Part shown: positions 36,801 through 49,752 of the stretch, piece after piece
How positions within the stretch are numbered: position 1 is the stretch's first letter
How the letters are laid out: every line of letters begins with the position of its first letter
Source of the DNA: Takakia lepidozioides
Taxonomy: Eukaryota > Plantae > Bryophyta
DNA: 64,000 bases
Assembly (NCBI GenBank): GCA_030704615.1
Contig: CM060733.1
Location: 55,118,001-55,182,000 of the forward strand
Reading direction: 5' to 3'
The notes under the pieces: model-generated
The model's database searches: none
What the model saw: only the letters and a program-made list of their open reading frames with translations
What the model was told of the DNA's origin: nothing
Translations under genes and position numbers: made by a program

Positions 36801-37732
36801 CCATCTCCCTTACAGTGCACTCAGGCCAAAATGTGGGCGGAGTGGGAAACCAGAGGATACTCTGAGATTGCCAACCTGTGGGCAAGCTCTTCTGACTCCC
36901 TTCAAGCAGTCCTAGGTACAAGAAGGCTTATATCCGGCATCGATTCCATTATCAGAAGTATCCCAGATTCCAGGAAACTAATTCTTCGAAACGGTCGGCC
37001 CCTGCATTCTCCTCATAGCTGGGTTGTGGCTTTTGTATCAATATACATGGAAATCTTGACATCCAAACTATTATTATTATTATTATTATTATTATTGCAA
37101 GAAAGAGACATGTGAAAGAGAGAAGACTGTTTTCTCCGGTTCTTCCCCAGACAAATCAATCCTCTCTCTTTTAATGTCCAGTTTTGTTTTTTGTTTTTTT
37201 GTTGGTGGAGGGCCTTGGAGTTTCATCACCATTGTTAGATCCATCGTTTGGAGTTATGATTTGGGTGTGTGCATTGGGTTGATACAAATTGGCATAACAA
37301 TTTTTGCAGATTTTTGTCAATTGTTTGATATTGTCCCATCCACATCAACCAAAATATTGGGGAGATCATCCATGATTTGTTTTTATTTTTTGAAAGGGGC
37401 CCAAAAAATATATTGATAGGCTTAAGAAAAAGTAACCTGGAAAGGCCATTAGGCGTTCATCAAAGGGATGGGTGCCCCACCCCTAGAGATCATAGGTTTG
37501 GCTGCCATTCATAGTTTTGTAAAACCACTTGGCTTGAACTCAGATTCAGGCCACTTGAAATATAGGTATTGAATGTCGATTGTTATCCACATAATTATTG
37601 TCAATGCCAATGGTTTCAATTTGGTTTTTGAAATATTTTTTTAAAATTCAATAAAATCAGGACCACTTGCACTAGCCTTCCAATTTTGTAATTAGGGTCG
37701 AGCCATTACGTGACTAGCCATTTGTTGCTTAT

Positions 37733-38305
37733 TTGCAGATTTTGAATTTAGACAAGGTTCATGGCTTACTCTCAAGCAAACTGTTGAGAGTAGGGGATGA
37801 GGGCTCTGTTGTTTTTGCCCATGGAATCGGGGTGGCAAACCCCGCAAATTTTCCTATTCAGACTAGTGCCAGTAATAATAAATATTTGAGTCATAATGCT
37901 GCATCTACTATTGGATATGTGCATGGTGGTGCTCTTCCCATGGTTCCCTGTTGCCCTGCTCATGGGTCTGTCCTCCCTGGTCACATCAACCATAGCTTGC
38001 CTTGTCATTTGATCCCTCAGCTGACTACTCAACCTTACCCAGAATATACCATGGGAGAAGACTTTGATAGATATCTTCAGATGTTTGAGGTCATTGGTAG
38101 TGTAAATGAAGTGCCTGAGAATTTCAAGATGGCTATCTTTAGGATGAGCATGAAGGGACATGCTCGTGACTTGCTGCATGCAACTGTCATGGATGATCCC
38201 AGCCTCAACTGGGCAACTCTTGTGGAATGGGCAAAGACATTGTTCAAACCGCCTGAGAAGCCTCTAGACTGCTTTACAGATACCACCATCACGCAACAGT
38301 CCTAA
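37733..38305 (+). pseudogene. Gag-like fragment
   Basis: PEYTMGEDFDRYLQMFE...MSMKGHARDLL...W..L...F resembles a retrotransposon gag N-terminus. Confidence 0.45.
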
Positions 38306-39949
38306 TTTTCTTCAAAAATACCAGTGTCCAAGGAACCGTCATCAATCAAGGCATTACCTGCCCGAAAGGGTTTTATCTACAGTATAATGTATCCATCATT
38401 GTGAAGTTTATCATATTTCATCCAGCTCTAATCCATCAGGATGAAATCAGGTAGAGGTCACCTGAAGTTCAAATATCATTCCAGTGATACATAGTGGATT
38501 GATGTTGATACCATAAATCTCAATAGTGACTATGACATTTTGAACCATATCAAAACTTGTACTCTTTAGATCTAAGTGATGATGTGGCTTTGAATGAGTC
38601 CGTGGCTAATGAAAATTAAACTTTTTCGTCTGGCATTTGACTTATGGAATGTACTTGTTTGTGTACATGCTTTGAAATTTTGTAATTATTTAAAATGATA
38701 ATTTAAAATAGGGTCTAATTAATTGTTGCAAAAAAACTTTATAATGAAAATAGGGTGTTAGAAAACAAAGGGTTTTACAATATTACCTAAAGATAGGGTG
38801 GAAAAAAAATGTAAAATTTTAAAAATATAGCCTAGTATAAATATACCTTTGTACGCATGTGATATGAAGAAAAAAATATAGTGAACCCCCCGGGGACTAG
38901 TCGTCAAACTATTTCCCACGAGACCATCCACCAGATCAACTGTCGTGGGTTTGCAACGGCACACCCTGGAGTGCAATCGAAGAGCTCGTAACAATAAGGC
39001 TCCAAAGCCTTCTGCCTGTTCGGTCGTCTGCCACAGGCCCGACTCACGGCGGACAGACAAAGGTAGATGTAGGCCCAGCTAGCGCTTCCCATGCCACTTG
39101 CCAATGATGAAGAAGACAAGCCTTGAATATCTCTGGTCGCAAGCGCAGGGAGTTCCTGACAGTCACGATGGCTCGGGTCTGGCCCAACGCACTCTCTCTC
39201 CCAAAATCAGAGCTTGCCCCAGGTCGGACAAAGATCGTTTCGTGATGACTGTTCAAACGACGAGCGTCCTCTCAAACAGATACTTCAAACTTCTCAAACC
39301 AGTGCACATCTTCCGGAAGCAACTCTCCTAGAGACTCATCATATTCCTGAGAGCGCTCAACATCCCTCTCAAAACTCCCTCTCTCGTTCTCTCGGGCAAT
39401 CGTAATCAGGGCCTGGATCGTAAAAATTATCAAAGTTATAGTACTCTGAATCGCAACTATCTAGAGAGCTGGGCGACCTCTCATCTCTCGGTGACCAGGC
39501 CTCGGCCTCATTCATCTAGGGCTAGATGAATTCAAATGCACAGCAAGACCAGGACCATCAGTGCTGGGTTCAGGCAGGGGTGACACTAGCGAGGCAACAA
39601 TGCCAAGCAGCGCACGATGAGAAAGGTTAGTGGTAGCAGGATTAGTTGACATTGCCAAGGCAGGGTTAGTCCCACCAAATCAACTTGCACCGACAGACTC
39701 TCTTCCTCTCTGCATGCTACATAGCTAGTACTACGCACTGAGGCCATCGTCCTGCAACACAACACAATGAGCAGGGTGAGAAAGCAAAAACGCAACAGCA
39801 AGAGAAAACATCTCAAGGTGGCTGGCCGCCATTAGACAAGATTGATTAGAGAGCAACTACGAAAATGATTAGTGCGCAGATCCCTCAACAACCTAATAAT
39901 GCTGTCAGAGCGGGCAGTGGATGCTATTAAAACACCTAGACGCTACCTG

Positions 39950-40345
39950 GCTTCTCTCCACCACAAAATGAGCCTGAAGCGTATACTCCCTTCCTCTCAA
40001 GAAACAAGTTTTCCCAACAAAGGGATAAGCGGAAAGAGCAGGAGATGCGCGAGAGGAGGATCAAACACAAGGATCTGACACACATGAGCTCTCATCCAAA
40101 GCTTGTACACCAATTTCACATATACACTAACACCCGAGTACACTGCCCCTAACCTGTGTCAAGGCGTTGTCTTTATACAAAAAGCCCTAGCTTCAGTTGC
40201 CCGCCGCATGGCGAGGCGTCACAAGCCAAAACCCACGGGAACGGCTCTTTACGCCAAAAAATATATATACGATGGATGTGTATCGCCGTTTTGGATGAAA
40301 AATGATATTTCTAGCCTAGGAAAGTATGGGCCTTCACAGGCTTAG
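39950..40345. repeat. Dispersed repeat (probable LTR fragment), second copy at about 41700-42150
   Basis: Shared blocks gcgcgagaggaggatcaaacac...gtctttatacaaaa...ggatgtgtat.gccgttttggatgaaa. Confidence 0.65.
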
Positions 40346-40376
40346 ATAGGCCTCGAAAAGGAGATGCACTGGGATA

Positions 40377-41274
40377 CAGTCAAACCTGGATAAATGTTAC
40401 ATCTTTTTTTGTTATATCATCCTAAATGTTATGGTTTTCTTACTTTGTAAAAATATACACTAAGAATGACAAAAAGAGTATTATTTGTTATTTGTTATTT
40501 GTTATTGAATACCTACTCTCCTCTTTTGTTAAGTCACCTCTGTAATTGTTACATTCAATAAAATAAAATAAAATAAAATAATAATAATGATGGTACTAGT
40601 ATTCAAATTCAAATTCACTATAGAATTGGGGATTTGAATTATTGAAATGGCTATTGAGATGTGCATTTGAACTATTGAGATGGCCATTCCAATATGGAGA
40701 TGTGCATTTGAACTGTTGAGATGGCCATTTCAATATGGAGATGTGCATTTGAACTATTGAGATGGCCCTTTCAATATTGACTCGTCTACTACGGCGCCTA
40801 CTATGGACGCTTTGGAATATCTCGAGTGTGATGATCAATTCAATTTGACTGAGCCATTTGAGCCGACAGATGAGGAAATATGGGATATGGTTGCACCAAG
40901 TGAAAAAATGCATGAGGACGATGAAGAAGAATTAGTCGCCTCAGATGTTTTACTCTGAGGTCAAAAGGGCTATAGAAACGGTTCATTTGTATCTTGGACA
41001 ATAGGCTTACGATACTGGTGCTGCTCTTTCAAAGTGTTTATCCATGGAGAAGGAATTGCATCTTGCTAAGCAGACGAATTGCCGGCAGAGAGACATTACG
41101 TCATGTTTTCTGCCCTCTTTGAATGTTATCTTGCATCTGAAGGACCTGTTTTAATGTTAAATTTCTAATTGTTACATTATAAAATTTCAACCTGTTTTAC
41201 TGTTATTTGATATAACTGCCTAATTGTTATAGAGTTCCTACTCTCGGAGCATAACATTTATCCATGTTTGACTG
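40377..41274 (+). mobile_element. pogo/Tigger-like (Tc1/mariner) internally deleted element
   Basis: 23-bp TIRs CAGTCAAACCTGGATAAATGTTA / TAACATTTATCCATGTTTGACTG (1 mismatch), flanked by TA. Remnant acidic C-terminus (PTDEEIWDMV...RQRDITSCF). Internal ~41-bp tandem repeat at 40655-40775. Confidence 0.85.
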
Positions 41275-41568
41275 TACATAGGAAATTGCACTTGGTCTTA
41301 GATTTCAATTCTTCACACATGGGGCCAACGACACAGGCTACCCCAGAGGTCGCCCTTGGGCCTCAACATATGAGACGCACTTGGATACATAGGAGATCTT
41401 GCACTTGGGCTTAGATGACACTGGACACTTGGGCCAACCGCACACTAGGCTATCCTAGAGGTCGCATTTGAGCCTTGACATAGGGGACACACTTGGATGA
41501 ATATAAGGGGATTGCACTTGGACTTAGATGACACTGGACACTTGGGCCAACGGCACATGCTACCCTAG
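41275..41568 (+). mobile_element. Helitron-like element, 3' portion (host of the pogo insertion)
   Basis: Ends ggccaacggcacatgctaccCTAG|T. Internal tgcacttgg repeats. Confidence 0.6.
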
Positions 41569-42539
41569 TATATATTTATTATAAAGATGATATTAGTGGT
41601 TTACTTACTAAGCAACAGTGGTTTCAACAAACGTCGAAAGTTAGCTTTCCTCTCTTTGGTGCTCAACACGGGCGTGTGAAGCCTTAAAACAAGCCTGAAG
41701 CATATACTCATTTCCTCTCAAGAAGCAAGGTTTCACAACAAAGGGGCAAGCGGGAAGAGCAGGCAACGCGCGAGAGGAGGATCAAACACACAGATCTGAC
41801 ACAAAGCAGGTCTCATCCAAAGCTTGTACACTAACTTCACATATACACTAACATCCAAGTACACCGCCCTGACCTTGTGTTAGGGCACCGTCTTTATACA
41901 AAAGACCTAGCTTCAGTTGCTCGCCGCGTGGCGAGGCATCAGTACAAGCCAAAACCCACGGCGCCGCTTTGTTACCCTAGATCTGATGAAGGGCCAGGAT
42001 CTGGGCACCAGCCAAAACTAACCCTAACCTAGATATCATTGTAACGGTTTAACAACATTATACGCCAAACAAAATATTGTGGATGTGTATTGCCGTTTTG
42101 GATGAAACAGGTCATTTCTAGCCTAGGAAAATATGGGGCATTACATCTGTGAAGCCTACCCCCCACGAAAAATCCTGAGCTCCGCGAAGGAAAACAAATA
42201 AGAAGGAAATATCACCCTCCACTGCTGGGTGAAAACCTACCAAGGGAAAACCTAGCACCTGCAAGTTGGGCCGAGGACAAAACCCTTGGCTAGGAAAACC
42301 GTGCAGGGAGTACAAATGGTGATATACCATGAAACTAAAATGTTACTAAGTCCTAGAAAGGTCAAGGCATAGGACCCCAAGAGTCACCATCCGCAAACTA
42401 AGACTAAGCCGCTGAAGAGAAGATGATCAAGCTAAAGTAGATCGGCTAAGAAGATCAAGACATCACCCCACCGTGCGCCCCTCTACATTGATACATGTAA
42501 GATCAAAAACTAGCTCGGAATGCACCAAGTCCGTCAAGG

Positions 42540-44100
42540 AAACAGGTTCATCCCGCACTTCAGTATTGGAGCCTTGTGGAAGAAGGAGAGCATGTCGCCC
42601 ACGTAAAATCTGATAGATCAAGTATGGACCGTCGATCTTGAGCTTAAATTTGCATGCATGCTTGCCATGCTATAATCGAACGTACACGGTTTGTCCCACC
42701 TGAAACAAGTGAGAATACTTGACACGCTTTGTTAAAATTATGGGCATGGGTTAGCTGAGCCTTATCAATGTTCATTTTGGCATCATGGATAGACACCGCA
42801 TGCCGAGCATGAAGATCCTCAAACAAAGGTATCAAGATCAACCGGATCGATAAGAGGGGTAGAGTGCAAAAGAGAAACACACTTGCGACCATACAACAAC
42901 TCAAAATGAGTCTTCTTGGTGCTAGCATGCACGGCGGTGCGATAAGCTAAGAGAATTGGGGGAAGAAAGGTATCCCACTCCCTGGTAAGTGCGTCATTTT
43001 TCTCCAACATTCGGCAAAGAGTTTGGTTGAAGCGTTCCGTAAGGCCATTGGTCTGGGGATGGTATGGGGCTGTGGTGCAGTGCTTAACACCAAAATTGAA
43101 ACAAACCACCGTGAGGAGCTAGTTACACAACTCCTTGCCCTGATCCGTTAGTATCTCCCAAGGATACCCATGCCGCATAAGGATCTCATTGAAGAAGAAC
43201 TGAGCTATAACATCACTAGCCTTGGAACGCAAAGGCCGGACTTCTACCCACTTAGTCAAGTAGTTGGTAGCAACACAAAAGTAGCTTAGACCCTTTGATG
43301 TGAGTGCAGCTGGACGCGGGGGAGCTGTTACAACATTCCCAACCTCGATGCCTACTTCAGCTCCACATCCTGACCCACTGCCCGCCCGTTCACCACAAGG
43401 AGAAGGGAGGGCCTCGGCTATGTGCGTACTCACTAGAACGCTGGAGCACACTGCCATCCTCAATATTCGTAATTGTTACCATTTATGTTGTTTCCGTCTC
43501 TTTTTTTCAGGCATTCGGTCTCGCACAGAGAGTCAAGTCTTGTATGAGAATGCTATGATTATTGCCTTGAAACCGGATCATGTCAACTACTTGGACCCAA
43601 TTGAGCTATGAAGATCTGGCAGTGGTAGCTTGTGATTGCGCCTGTCGAGCCTTCTCCTTCCAAAACACGTCGACTGTCTCCTCCTACTAAGTCAATGCCA
43701 ACACGAGCAAAAGCATGGGTGACAGGCAAAAGCTGCAGCTCATACAAGATCCGGGCCCTAGGGAGAGCAATGTTAGCACGACAACCTTCACACTTAGAGG
43801 TGAATTCCATGACATCCCGGTGAATGCCCAGCCAATAGTAAACCTCTTGGATGCGGGCCACGGTTTTCTTGATACCAAGGTGACCTGCATACAAGGAACA
43901 ATGGAAACGCTCCAATAAAGCATTCAGCTGGCTCCATAGTGGCACTCCAAGTAACATGACACTCCCCCTCTAGTGAGCTCCTTGAAAAGCTTATCACCCA
44001 TGAAACGGTGAGTAGACGCATTATATAGAATTTGTTTACGCAATGACTCGGATGGGCCAGCTGGCGAACGCCCTGATTGGCATCGCTAGAGTAGCGCAAC
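42540..44100 (-). pseudogene. Gypsy integrase, degenerate, with an internal insertion at about 43300-43660
   Basis: H...GHLGIKKT...YYW...C..C; FARVGIDLVG; YLTKWVE; ILTDQGKE; TAPYHPQTNGLTERFNQTL. Confidence 0.9.
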
Positions 44101-44445
44101 ATGTAGCTGCTCATCCATGACTACACTGCACATAAGAGGTAGACAATGGGCTTTAGAGAAGGTGGTCTGGAGTGCCTGCACCTATGATCTCCAGCCAGGG
44201 ATACCTTCACCTCATTTGTTACTACTCATGGGTAGCCAAATCAGGCCTTGAGGCTCAAGCCAATAGTCACACCGGAGTGCAGCAGGTGAATCGCAACAAA
44301 CTCGGGGGCCTAGGAAGGAAAAGAGCTGAAACACAACAAGGAACTTCCACCAAATCATTCAAATTCCCTCTAAGCAATAAATCCACCACACATACTAACA
44401 CACGAATAAATCGACTAGGATCATCAAGAAGGTTAGACCAGCCCG

Positions 44446-44541
44446 CACGAGGTTGATTTCCGAGAACTTGAAATCAACCTCGTGTTAACACGAGGCTGAT
44501 TTCCGAGAACTTGAAATCAACCTTGTGTTAACACGACGTTG
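44446..44541. repeat. 43-bp tandem hairpin repeat (~2.3 copies)
   Basis: cacgaggttgatttc-cgagaactt-gaaatcaacctcgtg, 15-bp stem. Confidence 0.85.
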
Positions 44542-44682
44542 AGGGTAAGTCTTTCCTAGCAAACATCACTTACTTCCCATGCTGAATTACTTCTAAGACT
44601 TTCGAAATGAGCTGGGGAAAAACAATGACAATAAGAAAGTTTTGCAAAGCATCTTGTTGTCTGCTTCTCTCTGTAATTTCAC

Positions 44683-44752
44683 CTTTTTGTTTGGATTGTC
44701 CCACCATTGACTAGGATCCGAAATATACTCCTTCCAAAGCTTCCCCTCGTGT
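44683..44752 (-). pseudogene. Isolated exon resembling the PDF motif of organellar ssDNA-binding (OSB) proteins
   Basis: cag|...GKLWKEYISDPSQWWDNPNKK|gtgaaa resembles the OSB consensus LW..FF.NP..WWDNR..K. Confidence 0.5.
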
Positions 44753-44929
44753 CTGAGGTCTGTTATGTGATAATTGCATATTGCCACATTGGCAGTAACA
44801 TGTCAAAATAACTCCAAACTAGCATAGATCCACCCGACCATCTAACGTGCAGAGCTCAACATGAAAAATTAGGAAGTAGTTTGATAAGAGGACAAAACAG
44901 GCTTTGTTGAGGAAGAACGTGCCCTCCCC

Positions 44930-45570
44930 CGATACTGGAAATTTGGCACCATTTTTCCAGTTTGGGGCCCAAAATGGCTAAGTCCCCTGAGCGGCTGGCT
45001 CCGAAACTGGAAAAATGGCGCCAAATATCCAGTTTTGGGGCCCAGAAATGGATAAGTCCCGGAGTGGCGGGCACCGAAACTGGAAATTCGGCACCATTTT
45101 TCCAGTATCGGGGTCAGCCCCTCATGGGACTTAGCCATTTTGGGCCCCAAGCTAGAAAAATGGCATCGAATTTCCAGTTTCGGGCCCAGAAATGGCTAAG
45201 TCCCTAGGGTGGCGTGCACCAAAACTGGAAACTCAGCGCCATTTTTCCAGTCTTGGGGGCAGCCACTTACGGGACTTTGCCATTTTGGGCCCAAGCTGGA
45301 AAAATGGCGCCGAGTTTCGAGTTTCGAGGGCCAGAAAAGTCCTAGGAGTGGCGTCGACTGAAACTGGAAATTCGGCTCCATTTTTCCAGTTTTTGGACCC
45401 ACTCCTCTCGGGACTTGGCCATTTCTGGGCCAAAAACTGGGCGTTCGGCGCCATAGTTCCAGTTTTAGGGCATAGACCTCTTCAGACTTGGCCAATTCTG
45501 GGCCCATACCTACTGGGACAGTCAATTCTTGGCCGCCTCATATTTCCAGTTTTGGGGCCAAGAACTCTTG
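44930..45570. repeat. Palindromic array related to 10510-11110
   Basis: Repeats of aaactggaaaaatggcgcc...tttccagttt and aaaatggctaagtccc/gggacttagccatttt. Confidence 0.9.
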
Positions 45571-45617
45571 GGACTAGAATGGCCATAAAACAAAGAACAG
45601 CACCGCAGGTAATTTAC

Positions 45618-46345
45618 CTGTAGAGAATGCGCATTGCTGCTTTGCCCGCGTTCGGCTGATCGATGAACTCGTGGCTCCTCCGGGCATGCAACATCTCTCA
45701 ATAGAATAGGTTGGTTTTGTATAGCAGAAAGTACCTTGTGACATAGTCGCTGAGGCTCTCTGCTCCTGGCGCAATCTCCAGCTTGAACTGATGTGCTTGG
45801 GTGTCCAGCTGCTCTTGTGCATTTGTGGTGACTTGCGGACAGTCTCCATCAGACATCATTCTTGAAGAAATACCGGAAATCTACCTGATACAAGAGGATA
45901 AGCACCAAATGAAGCCTGAAAAGTATCTGAAACCACCATAACATGCGGTTCATCCAGAGGTCGAATGTGGGGTCAGACAGTTTGTCAGGTTTGTGGAAGC
46001 TCCACATGTCCCTCGTACTCTGGGACCTATTCAAGATTTGGAGCCACCGGCTCTGTCCAACCAACGTGCATTAGTAAGCGCAAGACACCATAGGAACAAA
46101 TTGTTGCAACAAGAAGAAAAGTAGGTTAAGAATATCTAACCTTCTCAGTTGCATCCACACACGCCGTGGCTAGACAATGCAGCTTCTCGAGTGTCATTGT
46201 GGGCTTAAGAGCGCAGGAGTAGTGCTTGCCTACCTCCACAAGAAAGTCGGCACCGAGGGCGGGATCAGCAATGGCCACGTACTTCACCATCCACGACTTA
46301 CTTGATGCGAGCCTTTGCCTCGGCAGCTTGGAGATACAATTCAAG
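45618..46345 (-). pseudogene. Fourth, divergent paralog fragment (copy D) of the ParB-MTase gene (middle exons)
   Basis: VKYVAIADPALGADFLVEVGKHY...EKLHCLATA...EKVR/WLQILN...RDMWSF aligns with VKQLRIADPTFGPEFLQEVKNHY...EKLHRLSTA...QKVKWLQIWN...RDTYMF. The last exon ends AAMRILYR at a GT donor. Confidence 0.75.
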
Positions 46346-46486
46346 TGCTGGGAGGGTCAGTTTCTTCTCTTCGGATTCCATGTAGAACCTCCTCGCATGT
46401 GCCAAATCCTGGTCAATTTTAGAGAGTGGGAGGAATATGGGAAATCATAGCCTGAGGACTTTCCAAAGGCTCCGCCAGACCAACAG

Positions 46487-47460
46487 ATGTCTCCCATGCC
46501 AACAGCCTTTTGGGAAGGGTTGTTGGCGCAGTTTGGTGGGACGCTGAAAGACGTGATGAGAAAGGCTAATGCCACTTCCACTAAGACGAAGTTTACGGTG
46601 AAGCCTAAGGAACCCGACACCTTCGAGGGGGTCCAAAATCAGAAGGCACTCAACACCTGGCTCTTGGAGCTGGAGCAGTACTTCAGGGCGGCCAAGTTGA
46701 GTGACGAGGATCGGGTGGAAGTGGCTCCCACCTATTTGAGGGGCTATGCTCAACAATGGTGGCAGAAACGCCTTCATGACCAAGGGCCAAACCCGGAAAC
46801 CTTGAGCTGGAGTGGGTTCAAGGAACTTATGAAAAGACGGTTTGTGCCCCTCAACGCGTCCTGGCTCGTCCGGGACAAGATGAGGAATTTGAAGCAAACG
46901 GATGACATTCGGGGATATGTTCAGGCTTTCAATGTGCTTCTGCTCGCAGTCGTAGATATGGCGGAACCTGAAATGATCTTCAACTTTGTGGCGGGACTGG
47001 CCCCATGGGCCAGGCGGAAGTTGGAGGAGAGGCCACCAAAGACTTTGAACAAGACAATTGAAACGGCTGAATGTTTCTTGGATGTCCCTAGGGGCAAAAG
47101 ACAAGGCCGTACGAAGCTGAACCACAAAAATGTCCGGCGAGATGGTGATTCATTCGGGAAATAAGTGGGATAGGCCACGCGGCGCCAATGGCGCATGGAA
47201 ATCCAAGGGAGGTCCTTCGCACATCAAGGCGACACCCGGTGCTCCGAAAGGAAAATCAGTGTTGTTGGTAGACACAGGAGCGTCGCACTCTTTTCATGAC
47301 ACCCGACAAGTGATGTGGGGGCCTCTATTGAAGTGCGTTCTGCCAAATGAGAACCACAACTGACGACGAGGGTGGCGTTCGATGTTCCTCTTCAGCTGGG
47401 GAGTTGGGAGGGACGTGAGAACTTCACCATTTGCGAGATTGATGGAGTGGATCTTGTTAG
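46487..47460 (+). pseudogene. gag: Gypsy gag + protease remnant
   Basis: KPKEPDTFEG...WLLELEQYF...YLRGYAQQWW...F..GL; LLVDTGASHSF. Confidence 0.9.
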
Positions 47461-47594
47461 AGGGTTGTCTGGGACTTAGATATTTTTATGGGTTCTGTGG
47501 GGTACCCTTAATTTTTGCGCAGACTTACGGATAGTAGACTTAGACCAACAGAGGCCTTAGGGGTGACAGACACAGGCTTTAGGGGTGGTAGACA

Positions 47595-48045
47595 GGCTTA
47601 CACACTCATTCACAGCCTTACACAGTCGTACACAGCCTATAACAGTCTACACAGCCTGACATAGCTTGACACAGCCGGCCACAACCTTACACAGCCTATC
47701 ACAGTCTATCACAACCTGACACAGCCCGACACAGTCAGTCACAGCCCGACACAGCTTCACACAGCCAGTCACAGTCCGACACAGCTCAGCACAGTCACAG
47801 CCCGACACAGCTTGGCACAACCCATCACAACGTACGTAGGGAACGATTATCATCGGCAGGGAACGACTGTGTGGGAACGACATCTGCAGAGGGAACGTGC
47901 TTACTTCTTGGGTGACAGTTAGTTAGTTAGGTGGTTAAAACAGTTTGCAGATAAATGAGGCAAAGCAGCAATATGGAGGACACTTCTGGGGAAGCGCTTC
48001 TGGGTCATGAGTAGAAGAGATCAGGTGGAGAGCACGAACGGGAGT
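47595..48045 (+). repeat. ~10-bp ACACAGCC minisatellite followed by an LTR/leader fragment of the 14.5-kb gypsy family
   Basis: Tandem acacagcc.. at 47600-47830. 47860-48045 is similar to 14540-14712. Confidence 0.75.
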
Positions 48046-48057
48046 AAGGGTGGAGGA

Positions 48058-48228
48058 TTATCTCCCACGCCGCCGGTCCAAAAATCATGAGACCAAGCCG
48101 GTGCACCCCTCCTCATCGAGGGCTTTCCAACGGCACCAAGCACCCGTGCCGGGCCCGCGGTTTGGGAGATCTCAACGACGCTACAAAACATACAAACAAA
48201 CAAATAAACGTCTCGCTTCATATATTGA
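48058..48228 (-). mobile_element. Helitron-like 5' end fragment
   Basis: Homologous to 31380-31547 with the same A|TCAATATATGAAG boundary. Confidence 0.55.
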
Positions 48229-48609
48229 TAACTATTCCAACATAGGCCGGACGAACAACATAGGCGCCTACGGACCCTGCATGAGAATAATCATCAGTTC
48301 TGTAGCTACAAAGGGCAGATCGTTGCTATACATGAAGGCAGAGTTTTTTTCTTAAAATTCGGAAAATAGCACGAGTGGCTACAGAGTTTTGCAAAAATTA
48401 GGCATATATTCTGTTCATCCATTCAAATTAGGACAGAATCATCCAAATTCGTACTTTCATCCATTCAGATCATCCATATTTGGCGATTTCATCCATGAAA
48501 AAACATGGAATTTGCTACGGAATATTCTTTTCTATTTTTTGAGGTCGCCATTTGGCGAAAATTCGCCAAAAACAAAAACACTGCATGAAGGGCGATCAGA
48601 ACATATTCC

Positions 48610-49270
48610 ACGATTGCACTGTTTCTCCATGCATGCTAGCTCGTTCAATAGCTCCTTCAACTTCGTGAGGAACTCGGTCATCGAACTAGTGTCTTCTTCA
48701 AACTTCAGATTGACCAGCCTCCTCCTACAACGGGCGTCGTCGTGAGTTCGTGTTGTTGGCAAACATCTCATTCAAGATTGCCCAACTGTGGTGAGGTTCA
48801 CTGATATTGGCCAGATGCGGGATTATATGGTCTTTCACATTATCGTTAGTGCCTTCTATGTGCGCACTCTGAGAGCAGCCATCTTCGTCCGCGGCTGGGT
48901 TCAGCATTCTTCGTGTAGGCTCCACCACCTCCCATAGGTCTTCACGTGTTAGCATGTTCTTGAACTTGAAGCTCCAAACGCTGTAGTTCTGGGCTCCTTC
49001 TAGCTTGGAAGCATCCCCAACTGAAAACTCTCTGAAACTCATGGTGGTTTGAGATTGTGGAGCTGAGTCTACTTGTACTGTTCCCTGTAGCTAAGTCTGA
49101 CAATTTCCTCTAGAAACGAACTTCACTGCACTGATCACTGGGCTCTGATACCATGTAGAGATTGCTGTATGCGAGGAACCGAAGCAGATGTTTTCATTCA
49201 TGTACCTCCCCACTATATAGAGTGGCCCCACAACTTTTGCTTGGACTGCTTATGCCCCCACTATCTAAAG
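48610..49270 (-). mobile_element. Truncated Ty1/copia element: partial 5' LTR, PBS, gag
   Basis: Minus strand ...ctctaCA TGGTATCAGAGCC (PBS 49141-49153, tRNA-iMet). Gag KLEGAQNYSVWSFKFKNMLTREDLWEVV. Confidence 0.85.
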
Positions 49271-49279
49271 CTGTATGCA

Positions 49280-49560
49280 CCATGAATACTACTGTTATGC
49301 TTCCAATGCTCTCATACTCTCAAGTGATGCAGCTCCAGAAGAGAACCACCAGGCACGAATTGTCTGGAACAAAGTGTCCGCCTCCTTCATTGTTCTAGCA
49401 TCTTTGTACTCTTTGCACATTTTACGGTGCTGAGTCTGCATCTCTGGTTTGATACATATCGAAAATGGATTTCCAACCGAAGAATACGAAGTGGCAAAAT
49501 AGCTGGCCAGCCTTTTGTACAAGTTTTCTCTCTTATTCTAGTCATCTGGAGGTCAACTTC
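49280..49560 (-). pseudogene. Remnant of the same Mutator-like transposase family
   Basis: CIKPEMQTQHRKMCKEYKDARTMKEADTLFQTIRAWWFSSGAA versus CICSDLQLEHRRLCLKYKNANSMGEAESTYQAIRAWWFSSGAA (27406-27533). Confidence 0.8.
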
Positions 49561-49752
49561 TGCAGGTTCCAACACTCCTAACCATCTGCACCAGGATTTT
49601 TATGGAAGATGAAGGCTGGACAATCAAGTCCCTCCTGTTTAATCAAAGAGACCTATAACTTGGTATGATACCTGCCTGATACCAGCAGGCCACTCTGATT
49701 CAACAGGGTGAACCATATGATAAACGGCCCAATATGTAGTTGGAAACATTTT

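Noticed and set aside
37068-37095. Poly-Leu tail of ORF 36405-37115
   Set aside because: It is a (TTA)n microsatellite in a chimeric gag/LINE read-through.
38880-38901. Possible Helitron 3' end (ccccccggggactag|t)
   Set aside because: Single occurrence, short hairpin, and no matching 5' end.
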